A DNA stretch of 64,000 bases, taken from assembly GCF_006345805.1 (NCBI RefSeq), contig NC_042998.1, positions 65,038,001-65,102,000 of the forward strand, written 5' to 3'. Made by a program: the position numbers and the translations under genes. This document shows, one piece after another, positions 51,816 to 64,000 of this stretch. This DNA comes from Octopus sinensis. Taxonomy: Eukaryota. Positions within the stretch are counted from its first letter, which is position 1. Every line of letters begins with the position of its first letter. The notes beneath the pieces were generated by a model, which saw nothing but the letters and a program-made list of their open reading frames with translations, was not told the origin of the DNA and did not search any database.

Positions 51816-54800
51816 TCAAAATCTAAAGGCTAACAACAAATTAAAATCATTAAAAAATATTATTTTTCGTGAATTATATTTTTTACGTTATATTAATTTT
51901 TCGCGATTCATTTCATTGTCTAAAACATTGGCAATATTTCTACTGTATGCTATAGGTGTTTCATATTTCAGGTTGTTCCTTTGTTCGTATTCAAGCAGGC
52001 TATTACAATTTTCGCTGCTATTTTCTCTTTTCCTTCGTTACCGTATTGCTGAGAGTTAAGTTGTAATTATAGTTTAGCTCTAGCTGAATCATTGTTATGG
52101 AGATTTATCTTGGCATCTTCCAACTGATGGTATCTTATTTCTTTCAACTTAACTTTTATTTATCATATTTATAGGTTTCTTTAAAAGAAATCTTTTTTTT
52201 GATGAAAGGTTTGGCTGCAACGACAAGGGGTTTATCTTATGTCGTTCAGCATAAAAAAGTCCCGTGTAATATCAGAACAAAATACATTTGCTACTTAGTT
52301 CGGTATTCGTAAGCATTAATTTATTTTCTATACAGATATTTTAGGATACTGCGGACAACATTAGTATTACTATGTAGAAGGCATACCGTTCGTTACTTGC
52401 AGGTACATCAAGAATAGATAAATATAGAAAACATAAACTTAAATGCAATTTAGACTTTATATTAATGTTCTACTTGTTTTGATGTAAAGACTACGTGGAG
52501 ACTGATTTTCCCTATCTGGAGAGAATCATTACGGTTATAACAGGAATGCACAATTTCTGTATCACTTATATTGTTATCATTAATAATAATGTTTAATTAT
52601 CATATAAGAGATGAAATAATAGAAAAAATATAAAGTAGAAACAGTGTTTGTTTGTTTTTTTTATAATTAGTTTAATAGCTCTTCAAAATATGAAACAAAC
52701 TTACTCGTTCTTTCTATTTTTATAGATATACAGATAAGAAACATTATCTCACGTGCAAATATTCGGCAATGAGATTTTCAAAGATTTCGTTTTTTCACAT
52801 TCAAAGGAAAAAATACATATCCATATAAAACAACAAATCCTTTCTGAAGTGAAAATTTCATTGAATTCATTTCAGATATATTATAAACATGGAATATTTT
52901 ACGCAGCAAATTCCGGCAGATAATTCTAAACAATTTTCACCTAATAATATTTAGGCAAAACACTCAAAAAGGATTTGGTTTCAATGATGGGAATATTGTT
53001 TAAGAAAAAATATTCCTTACGTTCCTTTAAAACAATAATGTACAGATATTTTCAATCTTCGTTACAGACAGAAATGACTTTCTAAATAGTCTCCGTACTT
53101 GAAACGGCTAATATTATTTCTAAAATAATGTAAACTGTTATCAGAGTGTTCGGGCAAAATCTGACGTTTTCTTTATGTCTCCTTTCTTCAGGAACAGCTT
53201 GATGTATTATTGAATATTGGAAGACGTTGGAGAGCATGAAAGTTAAATATGTAGTTGAGAAAAGGTTTGCTGACATACAGGGCAGGAAGTCATCTGAATG
53301 TTGTAAAAGAGGTACCTGTATCTTGATGATTCGCACCGGGTATCTTAATGTCGACATCATAGCGGCCGCTGAGTTAACCATGAACACTGTAAATGCTGTA
53401 AGATGCGACGTCGGCAGCTGCAACGGAAATTAGGAAGTCGTGGCTGACAGGGATTCTGACTGCGTCCGCACGCCAGCATCCGTCAGCAAATCTTTGAATA
53501 GGGTCTAAGGATGTGAAGCTGCTAGAGTTTATAGTCAATTCCTGACTGGAGAGAATGGTTTCTGGAAAGTAGCGATAGCTTAGAAATTCAGTCTGCGTCG
53601 AGTTGATAGGGGTACGTTTTAATTTCAGTCATGTTTACGCTATGGAAATTAATTTAGGCTTTGGTCTAATGTGTATTAGGGCCTAACTCTAACTCTACAG
53701 ACATTAGGGATCTCTTAAATGGGGATGCAAAAAATAATCGTAATAAGAATTAATATTAATTAATATCTTATTGCATATCACGTTTGTATGAAAATCATTT
53801 TGATATTTTGAAGGATTAAAGTAACAGAATTTTATGGACTGAAAAATAGTTTACAAACTTACAAAAATAATTAAATGCCAAATATATATTATATATCAAT
53901 ATCTCATTATGGCTGATATTAACCATTTAAACGGTTCAGTTGAAACATGCCCCTGTATTCGAATAGAGAATTAATCTGAAACAAATACAATGGTAGAGGG
54001 TGTGTTAGAAAGGGCAATTACAATAAACAGCTAAATAATATCTTTTGTAGAATGCTTAATGATGATTCGGAAAAAAATAACGAAACATATACAACATGCT
54101 ATTGTTAGCCAAACGTAATAAAATAATATTACATATATACTAATATTTATCTATGAAAAACATTAAAATGTAAGAATTCGATATAGTGATAAACAAAACA
54201 ACACGGTTATTATAAAAGTATTTGTTACTAATGACAAAAGATATCTACTCGGTGTTAAATCCATAATAGCGATAAGCAAATAATTTGCATTCTCCAGTAC
54301 TAGCTCAAATTATTAAAGTAAACTTATTGTTGTTTGCACATGATATTTTAAAGTTAGCATTTTATTAGAATTTGCTTTAATCTGTTAAAAGAAAACTGTA
54401 ATAATATTGACTGCAAATCACATCAATTTACTTCTAGATTTTAACCAGATACTTTACAATGTATTCGTGTAAAGAAAAACAATCACATATGAATACATAT
54501 GAACCTATGTTAGAAATTTAACATTTAGTATATGTTAAATATATTAATATGAATTATTATAGAAATTAAAATGTAACATTTTTTTCACTGGAGAAACGTT
54601 TTGCTACGTATTACCATTACTTATTTCCATGACGTTTCCATTACAAAATTCGAAACGAGGAAACAGGAAGCATTGAACTCTTGATTTTCATAAACGTTTC
54701 ACATTAAATAACTTGAAAGTTTAGAACAAAGTTAAATATATCACGCAGAAAGAAAATGTATCCTGCACAAAGGAAAACAAAACGGAATGAAAAATATATA

Positions 54801-55458
54801 AATAAGCTTATTTTACATCTGGGGGCATAGGGGGTGTGCGTGTGACCTTGTGTAAATAACTTCTGATTGATTATGCACAGTCTCTAGATACGATGTATCT
54901 TCGTAAAATATTCATTCGATTTCACTTGAAATCAGGCAAAATTTATGTAAACGATAAAAGAACTAATCATTTTCCACATTCAAATTTAGAAATATTTAAC
55001 CAAGATATATGTTAGAACGAGAAGATAAAAGTATCATCTCTTTTATGTCTAACTATCCCCGCGTGCCTTCCTTCCTGACGCATTTCCCATAATCTTTTTA
55101 CATCCGAGTTGAATTTAAATCCAACAGATGCGTCTCGTTACAAAATGTTTTATGTAGATTTCCCACCAATTGAAATAAAGAGGCACATAGAAATATAAGG
55201 AAACATATAATTTCATATTCACGCAATCAAGCAATGTTCTATATCACTTAATGTTCTCTGTTACAACTTTTACCTTTAAATACACATATATACGTGAATT
55301 TTCTCTATCGAAGTGTTAATGCTGCCATTAATACTTTAACTACTGATGTATATAGGAGTTTATATCTATAAAGGCCAAAGGCCTTTCCATTCTTCCCGAG
55401 CGTCAGACTGATACACTTGCTTGTTGTTCTCTCCCATCTCTTCCTCTTTTCTCTTCAG

Positions 55459-55517
<59 letters not shown>

Positions 55518-55779
55518 TATATATGCATACATAAAAAATATGAACGGCAAATCAGTGTTAAGTAAAATACCTGCATATTGATATTGATATGCTTGTATGT
55601 ATCTATGTTTGTATATATATATATATTATATATATATATATGTTAGAACGAGAAGATAAAAGTATGATCTATGTAATGTTTAGTGTCCCTACGTGCCTTC
55701 CTCCTTCATGCATTCCCATAATATTTTAAATTAAAACCAACAAATGCATCTTAGTAAATATTCGTTACACGATGTGTAA

Positions 55780-55990
55780 CTCCCTCTTCCCAGCCAGCCG
55801 CCATGATTGACCGCTCGCTCATCAAGGATTTTTTAAATTCTTTTTTTATTTATTTCCTCGTGTTCCTTTCGGTTGAAGTGCGTAGGCTCGAAACGTAAAA
55901 GACTTTCTCACCTTCCCTAGCGTTAAACTAACACACGAATTTGTTCTTTTTACATTTGCCTACGTCGTTTGTTTTTCTGTAAATTCCAAC
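55780..55990 (+). mobile_element. Second copy of the 10570-10850 repeat with degenerate hammerhead-like motif
   Basis: CTTT-CGGTTGA-A-GTGC-GTAG-GCTC-GAAAC-GTA-AAAG. Confidence 0.55.
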
Positions 55991-56026
55991 TATGTATACA
56001 TAGATACACACATACACACACACACA

Positions 56027-56125
<99 letters not shown>

Positions 56126-56252
56126 ATGTGTGTGTGTGTTTGTGTGTGTGTGTAAATTTAGAAACAGCTTATTATAGTGGAAACATTGTCAGAAAAGTCA
56201 TTTCTATTAACTGTTTCAAATATATATTGTAACAAGGACATTCTATTACTTT

Positions 56253-56309
<57 letters not shown>

Positions 56310-56867
56310 ACACACACACACAAATATATGTATGTGTGTATACGTTCATACGATAATGCTTGCGGTTACGTGTGAATCTTTACTTATCAATGTCTCTGTA
56401 GGTTACATAGTCTGTGTAGTTTACATTACTTATAGTGACAGAATGTCGGGAAAATGTTTCAGAGAATTTGACACACCGATTCAGACATATTCTGTTGTGA
56501 ACTTACCCAGCTTTTCTATTGTACGGATGTGATTCGAATATTTTCCGCTGAAATTCAGTTAACGTTCTGATTGCTGAAGTATGACGAATGAAATATGAAT
56601 TAAAACATGAGTCACTAAATTTCTGAGGGAGTGTTCAGCCTTTTCAACCATCTCCAAATAACAAAATTTTAGTTCAAGTGATGATACTACTATAATTAAT
56701 TTGGCAAGGTGGTACAATATCTAAATACTGTGATATTAAAAGAAGAAGCACAGGGACTTTTCCCTGTACACGTATCCATTTATATCCCTGCAGAAACACA
56801 CCAAATGCATAACAACACACACATATATTTTTAATTATAATAATATTATTATTATCTTTTTATCATA

Positions 56868-57510
56868 GGTCTTGTTGGAGCTCCTGGAGTCTTGCATGTA
56901 TAACGGGCTTACTACCTGCAGGGTACAGTACGATTGTATTCGGTCTTTTCATCTACCTTATAATTACCTGATTATTCTAGCCGTACCAAGGAAGCAGAAC
57001 TTTTGAATGAGTTCTACTCGTCAATCTATACCAAGTTTGCTTATATTTCTCTTAACGTCTTCTGTTACTGTTTCCAAGTCCCCAACAATAATTGGCATTA
57101 TCTACACCTTCTTAATTTTCCATAGCCGGGTGATTTCGTACTTCAGAAGTTTGTATCTCTCTATCTATGCTGGGTCAAAAGGGCATAGCATATCAACTAT
57201 ATAAATATGTTGTGCACCTTATCCACCATCACTAGGTACGGTTTCTTATGCTCTAGCACCTGGTCTATGTGGATTGGGAAATCTCTGAGGATTTTGTTAC
57301 TCACCGACACTACCACTCTCAGCCGTTTGTCCTCATACCACGTCTTACTTCATATGATTGTGATGCATGTGTTTGGTGCACCGTTATCAGACACGATTAC
57401 AATGATGCCGATACTTGACTGGTTCTAAAAAATCATAGGTAGAGTAAAATTCAGTGGAATTTTAATACAAAACTTAATTATCTAGTCGGATATCTACAAT
57501 TTCAGGATCC
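56868..57510 (-). mobile_element. R4/Dong-like LINE 3' fragment with (TAA)n tail
   Basis: Minus strand ..RYKLLKYEITRLW..IIPIIVGDLGTVT; 3' UTR shared with 37086-37150; ATT repeats at 56840-56860. Confidence 0.72.
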
Positions 57511-57915
57511 GGTGTTGTTTTTCTTATTGTGGGGTTGGCAATAATAGCTAATTTAAACTGTATTTCTAACGATTTTGTTGTGTACATATAGAATGTGTAT
57601 TTATCAGGTTCAGGAATATTGTATCTACATTCGCAGCCATGATAATATTTTACGGAGGATTATACCATAGTATTGTCCCCTGCCTGTGTCTTTTTATCCA
57701 ATCAACATTTGTTTCAATATAAATTATACGATTCATAAAATTACAAATTTCTACTGCGGTGTTGTAATATGGACGACCTTTCTGACAATTGCTTCATCCA
57801 CTATTATGTTAGAAACGTCTGCTGATACTGTTACATAATTGTTTTCATGGACAGAGGACGGTTCGGGTGTTTCTGTCTCTCTATGATGGAAGTACCCACA
57901 TTTGGTTTATTGAAG

Positions 57916-58046
57916 GCCATTTTCTTTCACTTCATTTAGCAGTTATTTCATCAATTCTTGGAGCTATTAATTTCATTACAACTATCGTTAATATACGATC
58001 AGAAGGTATATTAACAGAACGACTCCCTTTATTTTGTATGATCTGT
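57916..58046 (+). pseudogene. COX1: NUMT: decayed fragment of mitochondrial cytochrome c oxidase subunit I
   Basis: [25 protein letters not shown](M)R.EG(M)L.ERLPL.FVWS. TGA is used at the conserved Trp of FVWS (invertebrate mitochondrial code); two small insertions disrupt the frame. Confidence 0.9.
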
Positions 58047-60381
58047 TATGCCTCTGCAAAAACCGATAGTAAAGTCTAGGAAATTAACTTCTTTAACGTT
58101 AGTGCTGATTGTACATTTTAGGTTTAGTTGACTACATTGATTGCATAATACTTCCTTGTACATATCGCGACCATTTTTATTATGCACTACTGCTCGACAG
58201 TCATTTGTATATAATCCTATGCTGGATTATTTTATTTCGATTTTAGAGATATGGAGAAGATATGAAAAGACCGAAAAGATCTCCTTTCACTGCTCCCTCA
58301 TAGTTTCTCATAACAACATCCAATGGCTCATTCCCATTATATTTCACCTGATCGGAATTGTCAGGTAAAAGCAATGACTCAATTGTAATCATTATATAAT
58401 GGCAATCTCGGTACAAGTGATGGTTGTATATACCTTATTAAACTCGCCTGCCTTTTGGAGCAGGCTTTTGAAGATCGAAGATTAAAAATCCATGCTGCAA
58501 AATTAGATGAATCTGTTTGTGGTCTGATCTTCAAATTTCTTCAAGCAATGAATTGTTGCTCTGCTACATGTCTATTGAGTAAAGTTTGATGAACTGCTTG
58601 ATCCGTCGTTTGATGATATTTTATAATATAGATTTGTTGAAAATGCATCTTTCATTTTCTGTAGGATCTGCTGCTGGGTTTTGCATGAAGTTGCCTTTGT
58701 GGACCTTCAGTGCAAGAAAAGATTTTCGTTCGATGCGTCCTTCACTTTGTCTCATGCACTCTCTTTCTGTCATTCACTCTTTCTCTCACACCTGATACAA
58801 ATTAAGGCGAAACACGAATTTTATAAACGTAATGAAAACACTTAAATACTGACTTGCTGTTTCGTTTTTACTCTACACCATTGACTTTGCCCCAGGCATA
58901 AGATTAGTTATTACAGTGTACGTTTCTGAAATCCTGTTACTATACATTTTTCAGAAGCTTTTTCTCCATTGTTGCTATTTCCTCCACATCTTTACTCATT
59001 TGTTGAAGCCGTATCGTAAACATTTTCTTGTGATATGCTTTTAGTTTTCTTTTATACATTTTAAATACACCAAATATGTAGATGACCATAATTATAGAAA
59101 TGTTATTAAATTATATTTATCTGTTCAATATTTTAGCATGCATATAGTCGAAATTCTTTAAATGTTCATACACACTATGATCATTTCATACAATGACTCT
59201 TGATGCCCATTACATTAAAAGTTGCAACCACATGTATTATGCATTTAATTCGAAGTTACACCTTGTTCTTTATACTTTATAATAATCGTCATTTATCTCT
59301 ATTTAGAAAAAAATTATAATCCAATTTCAGTGTATTAAATTTCAATAATTTACTATATATTTTTAGAAAATTAAATTGCTAATTAAAAAAAAATGCAACA
59401 TATTCGCTCTCAGCTACAAAATATATTTTACGGAAATACATTTCATTTATACCCCAAGCATGTACATGTGTTTTAGTTTAAGGTGTATATTTTCAGCTTG
59501 ATTAAATGAAAACAAATAATTAATAGCCGTTCGTTAATGCACATAAATATTTTAATATGTGACCCAAACTTGAAAATTATAATATCATTATTGTGTACCT
59601 ATTGATATTTATTCCTCTATACATCATAAAAAAAATATTGCATTGCTGTTCATATACTTTTTACTTATTGACTTTATATATCTAATATTTTTCTACATTT
59701 TAAACGAAATTAATGCAAAGTTATAATTACTTATTTAATTGGCTACATTCCATCATAACCTTCCAGAATCATTTAATTTGATGTTACTTGCTTTCTCTTT
59801 GTTAGGCTTGATTAAATAATATATTTGTCTTCATCAGGTAATAGTGTTTCTCGAGGTAAGAGATTACATACATATTACTTTACTGCCATAATAACACTGG
59901 CGGTGGTATTTGTATCAGCGTTATGTTTCATATTTTGCAATTATCGAATTACTAAATATTGAATTTTCAGATTTTCTGTTGTTTTATAAAGAGCTAAGAG
60001 TTTATTTCATAAACTCACTTTAAGTTTTCATCAATAATACGTTTAAATTATCCCGACATTGTTTCGAATACGCCCTATGAATAGCAACCGTTTCATGCAT
60101 TACTAGAAAAGGATTTCTAAATCTCACAGCGTCTGCACTGTATTAATTTAAATGTAAATCACATGACTAAACAACATATTTACCTACTCAGTAGCAAACA
60201 TCGTAAACTTTTATACAACTCCTTATTTCACCATGGTTCTTTCTTTCTTTCAATAGAATTCTAAAATGTAATCATCTGTCTCCTAGTTAATATTTGTAAT
60301 TCAGCATATGAAATATTTTATACATACATATGCTTCAAGAAAATATTCGAAACCGTATATAATTTGCATTAAAAATATGGA

Positions 60382-60716
60382 ATTCCCCTTCCTTTCTTTC
60401 CCTCTCCATCCGTCTTCCCCCCCCTTCTACGTTTCTCTATCTCTCTCACCTCCAGCCCCCTCGATCTGTCTCTTTCTTCCCCTCCCTCGTCCACCTTCTC
60501 TCTCTTTTCATCTGTCCCTTTCTCCTGTCTTTTGTTCTCATGTGACCGCTAGCCGCTGTTGAGCGCTCTTTTCGTTCCAGCAGTCGCAGAAGCAACACGT
60601 ATTTGTTCGTCTCCCTGCGGCCATTAGGCACAACTTCACAAGCCAGCCCCATACTCAACTCGTTCTGTCGAAAGACCCTTGTCCTACGTCCTGGTTTTGT
60701 TTTGTTGTTTATTTTT
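60382..60716. repeat. About 335-bp near-identical direct repeat (copy 2 at 62704-63039)
   Basis: Only 2 substitutions and a 1-nt C-run indel, including across the low-complexity CT-rich half. Confidence 0.95.
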
Positions 60717-61450
60717 TATTTTACATTAACATTGAGAATTAGAAAAAAAAATTAAAATACATTTTTCTTTGTCAAAACGAGAAATTATTTATTTTCCCTT
60801 CATTTCATTCGTATTAATAAAAATTGAATTTTGTCTGTTATTAAGTAAAAACGTGGTAGTGAATGGTCAATTAATATAATAATTTATTGAATGTGTTATA
60901 AAGTGTATAAAAGCAGAATATATTTATATTATAATCAAGTTGTGTGTTTTATTTAAGAAAATTGAAGGCGCGTTAAAATTTTGTTCAAACGAGAACACAC
61001 TCTTCACTTACATATGTTTTACTTCACCTAATGTCTGTAATTAATTTATGTACGAAATGAAAAGCTTTGTTTTATAATTACAGGGAACATTAGATTAACA
61101 TACAAACTGCATACTGTATGTCCACGTATCCACCGTATTTCACACAACATCGCATCCACCTGTGTTAAACACAAACTAATCAAACCAATGCTATTTGTTT
61201 TCTATTGTTATTGATTGTCTAATACACAAACCTTGACTCTTTTATCCATTCTTGCTTTTATCACTTTATCATTTCCAACCTTGTATGTACGACTGCAATA
61301 CGGATATACTTATCTACACTGAAATGATAAACTCGCACAAAATGTAACATTTAAAAGGGTCGAAGTTCTTATCGTGTTTTAATGCAATGTTTTTTTTTAT
61401 GTAATAAACTCAACGGTGCACGAAATAATTTGCGTACATATGTATGCTGA

Positions 61451-61507
61451 TGATTATCACACACTGATGACGGGTAACTACTCAGAAACTAGAGTCCGTG
61501 TGTATCA
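61451..61507 (+). ncRNA. Type I hammerhead motif with GUC triplet and slightly damaged stems
   Basis: CACAC-A-CTGATGA-C-GGGT-aact-ACTC-A-GAAAC-TAGA-GTC-C-GTGTG, plus TGAT/ATCA distal pairing. Mismatches at 10.1/11.1 and 1.1/2.1. Confidence 0.55.
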
Positions 61508-61919
61508 CGTAAGGCTAGAGATGGGATCGATGTTTTCCCTTCGCCAATACTGATCACACAGTCAAAAATATATAAACACGAGGCGATCAAACTATGTGCC
61601 TCTTGTTTATACATCCTAACTTTTTTCAAAATCTACTGCGCAGACGCAGCCTTTCGCCGGCAATACAAAAAATGCCAACTTTTAAAAACCGAAATTGTCC
61701 AACGACTTAAAATACTTAATTATATCAAAGGGAAATGGAAATTAATATTGTATTATAGACTAGTTCATATGATACCAAATTACTTAATATCTGTACACTC
61801 TCTGTGTAGTACAATAAAGCAATTCATATGTTTATTCAACTGGCACTATCATTTGCATTCTGCATGAGGAAAAGGAAATTAGTAAATTGTTACTTTAAAT
61901 CTTTTTTCTCTTTTTAAGC

Positions 61920-62218
61920 CCTTTTCAAGCATAGCCAAGTTTATGGGCCCGGTTTCCACGTTTCTATGGCGTATGTGCTCCCCCACAGCTGGACAGGACG
62001 TCAGTCCATCGCAGCGTTACTCAAGAAACAGGAAGAAAGAGTGAGAGAAAGTTGGGGCGAAAGAGTACAATAGGGGTCACCACCACCCACTGCCGGAGAC
62101 TTATGGGGCATTTAGGTGTGTTTGCTCAATAAACACACACAACGCCCAGCCTGGAATCGAGAGCAAAATCCTCCGCCCCGAGTCCGCTGCCCTAACCACT
62201 GGGTCATTGTACCTCCAC
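61920..62218 (-). mobile_element. tRNA-derived SINE (family distinct from the 30450 type)
   Basis: Minus-strand head GTGGAGGTACAATGACCCAGTGGTTAGGGCAGCGGACTC...TCGATTCC has A-box and B-box-like motifs. Confidence 0.75.
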
Positions 62219-62859
62219 TACCTTAAATCTAGCTAAAATTTTATGTGAGAAAATTATATGTTACATCGAATCTAATAATTCAGTGCACATTTATTATGAA
62301 ACTCTCATAGACGAAATGGAATATTATCATTTATGCAACATGAATTTCGTTAACAAAACATCGCCATCAATATTTAGAATTACGTCTTTGAAACTGTAGT
62401 TACAGCAAAATAATCTAAATAATAAATATTTAATGAAACATTAAGAAAATTTGCTAGTAAAATTATCTTCATCTACGTAGGTATTCAATCTGAATGATTC
62501 ATTAAAGATCACTTAATAAATTGTAGAAGTCATCCATCCATCCATCCATTCCCTCCATGCATCTATACATACATATACATATACATATATACATATATAT
62601 ATATATACGTATCCACAATTGTCCTTATACGATAAGTATATTTTTTCTCTAGCATTGATACGACTCTTAATCTGTCTCTTTCTCTCTCTCTCTCTCCTCC
62701 CTTATTCCCCTTCCTTTCTTTTCCTCTCCATCCGTCTTCCCCCCCCCTTCTACGTTTCTCTATCTCTCTCACCTCCAGCCCCCTCGATCTGTCTCTTTCT
62801 TCCCCTCCCTCGTCCACCTTCTCTCTCTTTTCATCTGTCCCTTTCTCCTGTCTTTTGTT

Positions 62860-63350
62860 CTCACGTGACCGCTAGCCGCTGTTGAGCGCTCTTTTCGTTC
62901 CAGCAGTCGCAGAAGCAACACGTATTTGTTCGTCTCCCTGCGGCCATTAGGCACAACTTCACAAGCCAGCCCCATACTCAACTCGTTCTGTCGAAAGACC
63001 CTTGTCCTACGTCCTGGTTTTGTTTTGTTGTTTATTTTTAATTTTTACCGTTATTGTTTTTACGTTTTTGTATTCTTATTGGTGTCACGTATTCTGTATT
63101 TTTGTTCGTGTACTTCGTTCGTTTTCCGTCTTCGTGTTGTATGCATTCGAAGCTTTCTTCCAGGGGATCTAATGCGCTTGGCTTAGATTTCCCTTGGCGG
63201 GCTGGCCATATCGGAGCAATCTCAAGATTAATCAGCCGAAATTACTAAGATGATCTGGTTCTTGACTGATGACTGAGGGCTTCGAATGTCCCGTCCTGTG
63301 GTTCTTGTGTCGTCTCTGTGGTGTTTCATGTTCTTGTCCATGTCTGTAAA
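62860..63350. mobile_element. Unclassified GC-richer interspersed repeat (longer copy of the 60382 repeat)
   Basis: Continues beyond the point where the 60382 copy stops, and ends at an (AT)n; no ORF or TIR recognised. Confidence 0.4.
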
Positions 63351-63365
63351 TATTTTTACTGTTTA

Positions 63366-63411
<46 letters not shown>

Positions 63412-64000
63412 GGTATGAATAAATAAGGCAATATACATAAATACATAAATATACGTGTATGTATATATGTATCTATGTATCTATGTTATTTACGTATGTG
63501 TGTTTGCATGTATGTACGCACGTATGTATGTATATATGGTTAAGGCCTAAAATTTCAAATGAACAGTTTACCTCAGTTGTATTTCTATCAAACACACTGC
63601 AAGTTGGATTGTAAATGTATGAGGATATTGCCTGTGGGGAAAGTAATCTAGTGTGTTTGAGAGAGGAAGTAATGGAAGCTAATATGTGCAATGCATTTAA
63701 TAGTCAGAAAGAGCTAAATTTATACAATACTTTTTATATACTCAGAATAGTCAAAAAATATTCTAGAACCAATTCCCAAATGCAACAGAGATATATAAAG
63801 ACCTTCTTACAAAAATAAAATTTTGTTCATAGACTCAATGTTGAATATATTACCTTGAGTTTGATATTCACATATTGTACGGAGAACCAACCGTCACATA
63901 AATAAATTATAAATTATTCATAATCAGCTTTGAAAAAGTACCTTTCGGTTACCTGCGAAATATGCATATTAACAATGTGTACTGTACTGGGTTAGACTAT

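Noticed and set aside
53082-53620. Class A GPCR assignment (FLISVAAAD, MSTLRY, hydrophobic stretches)
   Set aside because: Motif-like matches fall in different frames, there is no TM1 GN at the expected spacing, and the would-be TM1 is charged. Kept only as an unassigned island.
61920-62218. tRNA gene
   Set aside because: A- and B-box-like head only, no complete cloverleaf, followed by a SINE body; the same applies to the heads at 30450, 33367 and 36116.
63160-63300. Possible HDV-like or hammerhead ribozyme (CTGATGA..CTTCGAATGTCCC)
   Set aside because: No GAAA/stem III for a hammerhead, and no P3/L3/P1.1 elements for an HDV-like fold.

Overview
AT-rich, microsatellite-dense animal genomic DNA, most likely an octopus. 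The basis is a decayed mitochondrial COX1 insertion reading as octopod-type ...INFITT.VN(M)R(W)EG(M)L.ERLPLFVWS, plus several tRNA-derived SINEs of the kind common in octopus genomes. I could not recognise any intact host protein-coding gene, rRNA, tRNA or CRISPR array, so the window looks intergenic or intronic. It is a mosaic of decayed mobile elements: a Tx1/L1-clade LINE embedded in a (TATC)n array, five R4/Dong-like LINE fragments (three stacked head-to-tail), three CR1-like 3' ends, Penelope-like element (PLE) fragments, a near-complete mariner nested in a PLE reverse transcriptase, other mariner/maT relics, Helitron pieces and SINEs. The most interesting signal is a set of type I hammerhead-ribozyme motifs from several unrelated repeat families. 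Most have a self-complementary stem III. They include one with an intact core and extended stem II (20.9 kb, minus strand) and one with a compensatory U3:A8 core (49.5 kb). All structures were folded by eye and no activity is shown. Most short ORFs in the track are microsatellite or antisense artefacts.
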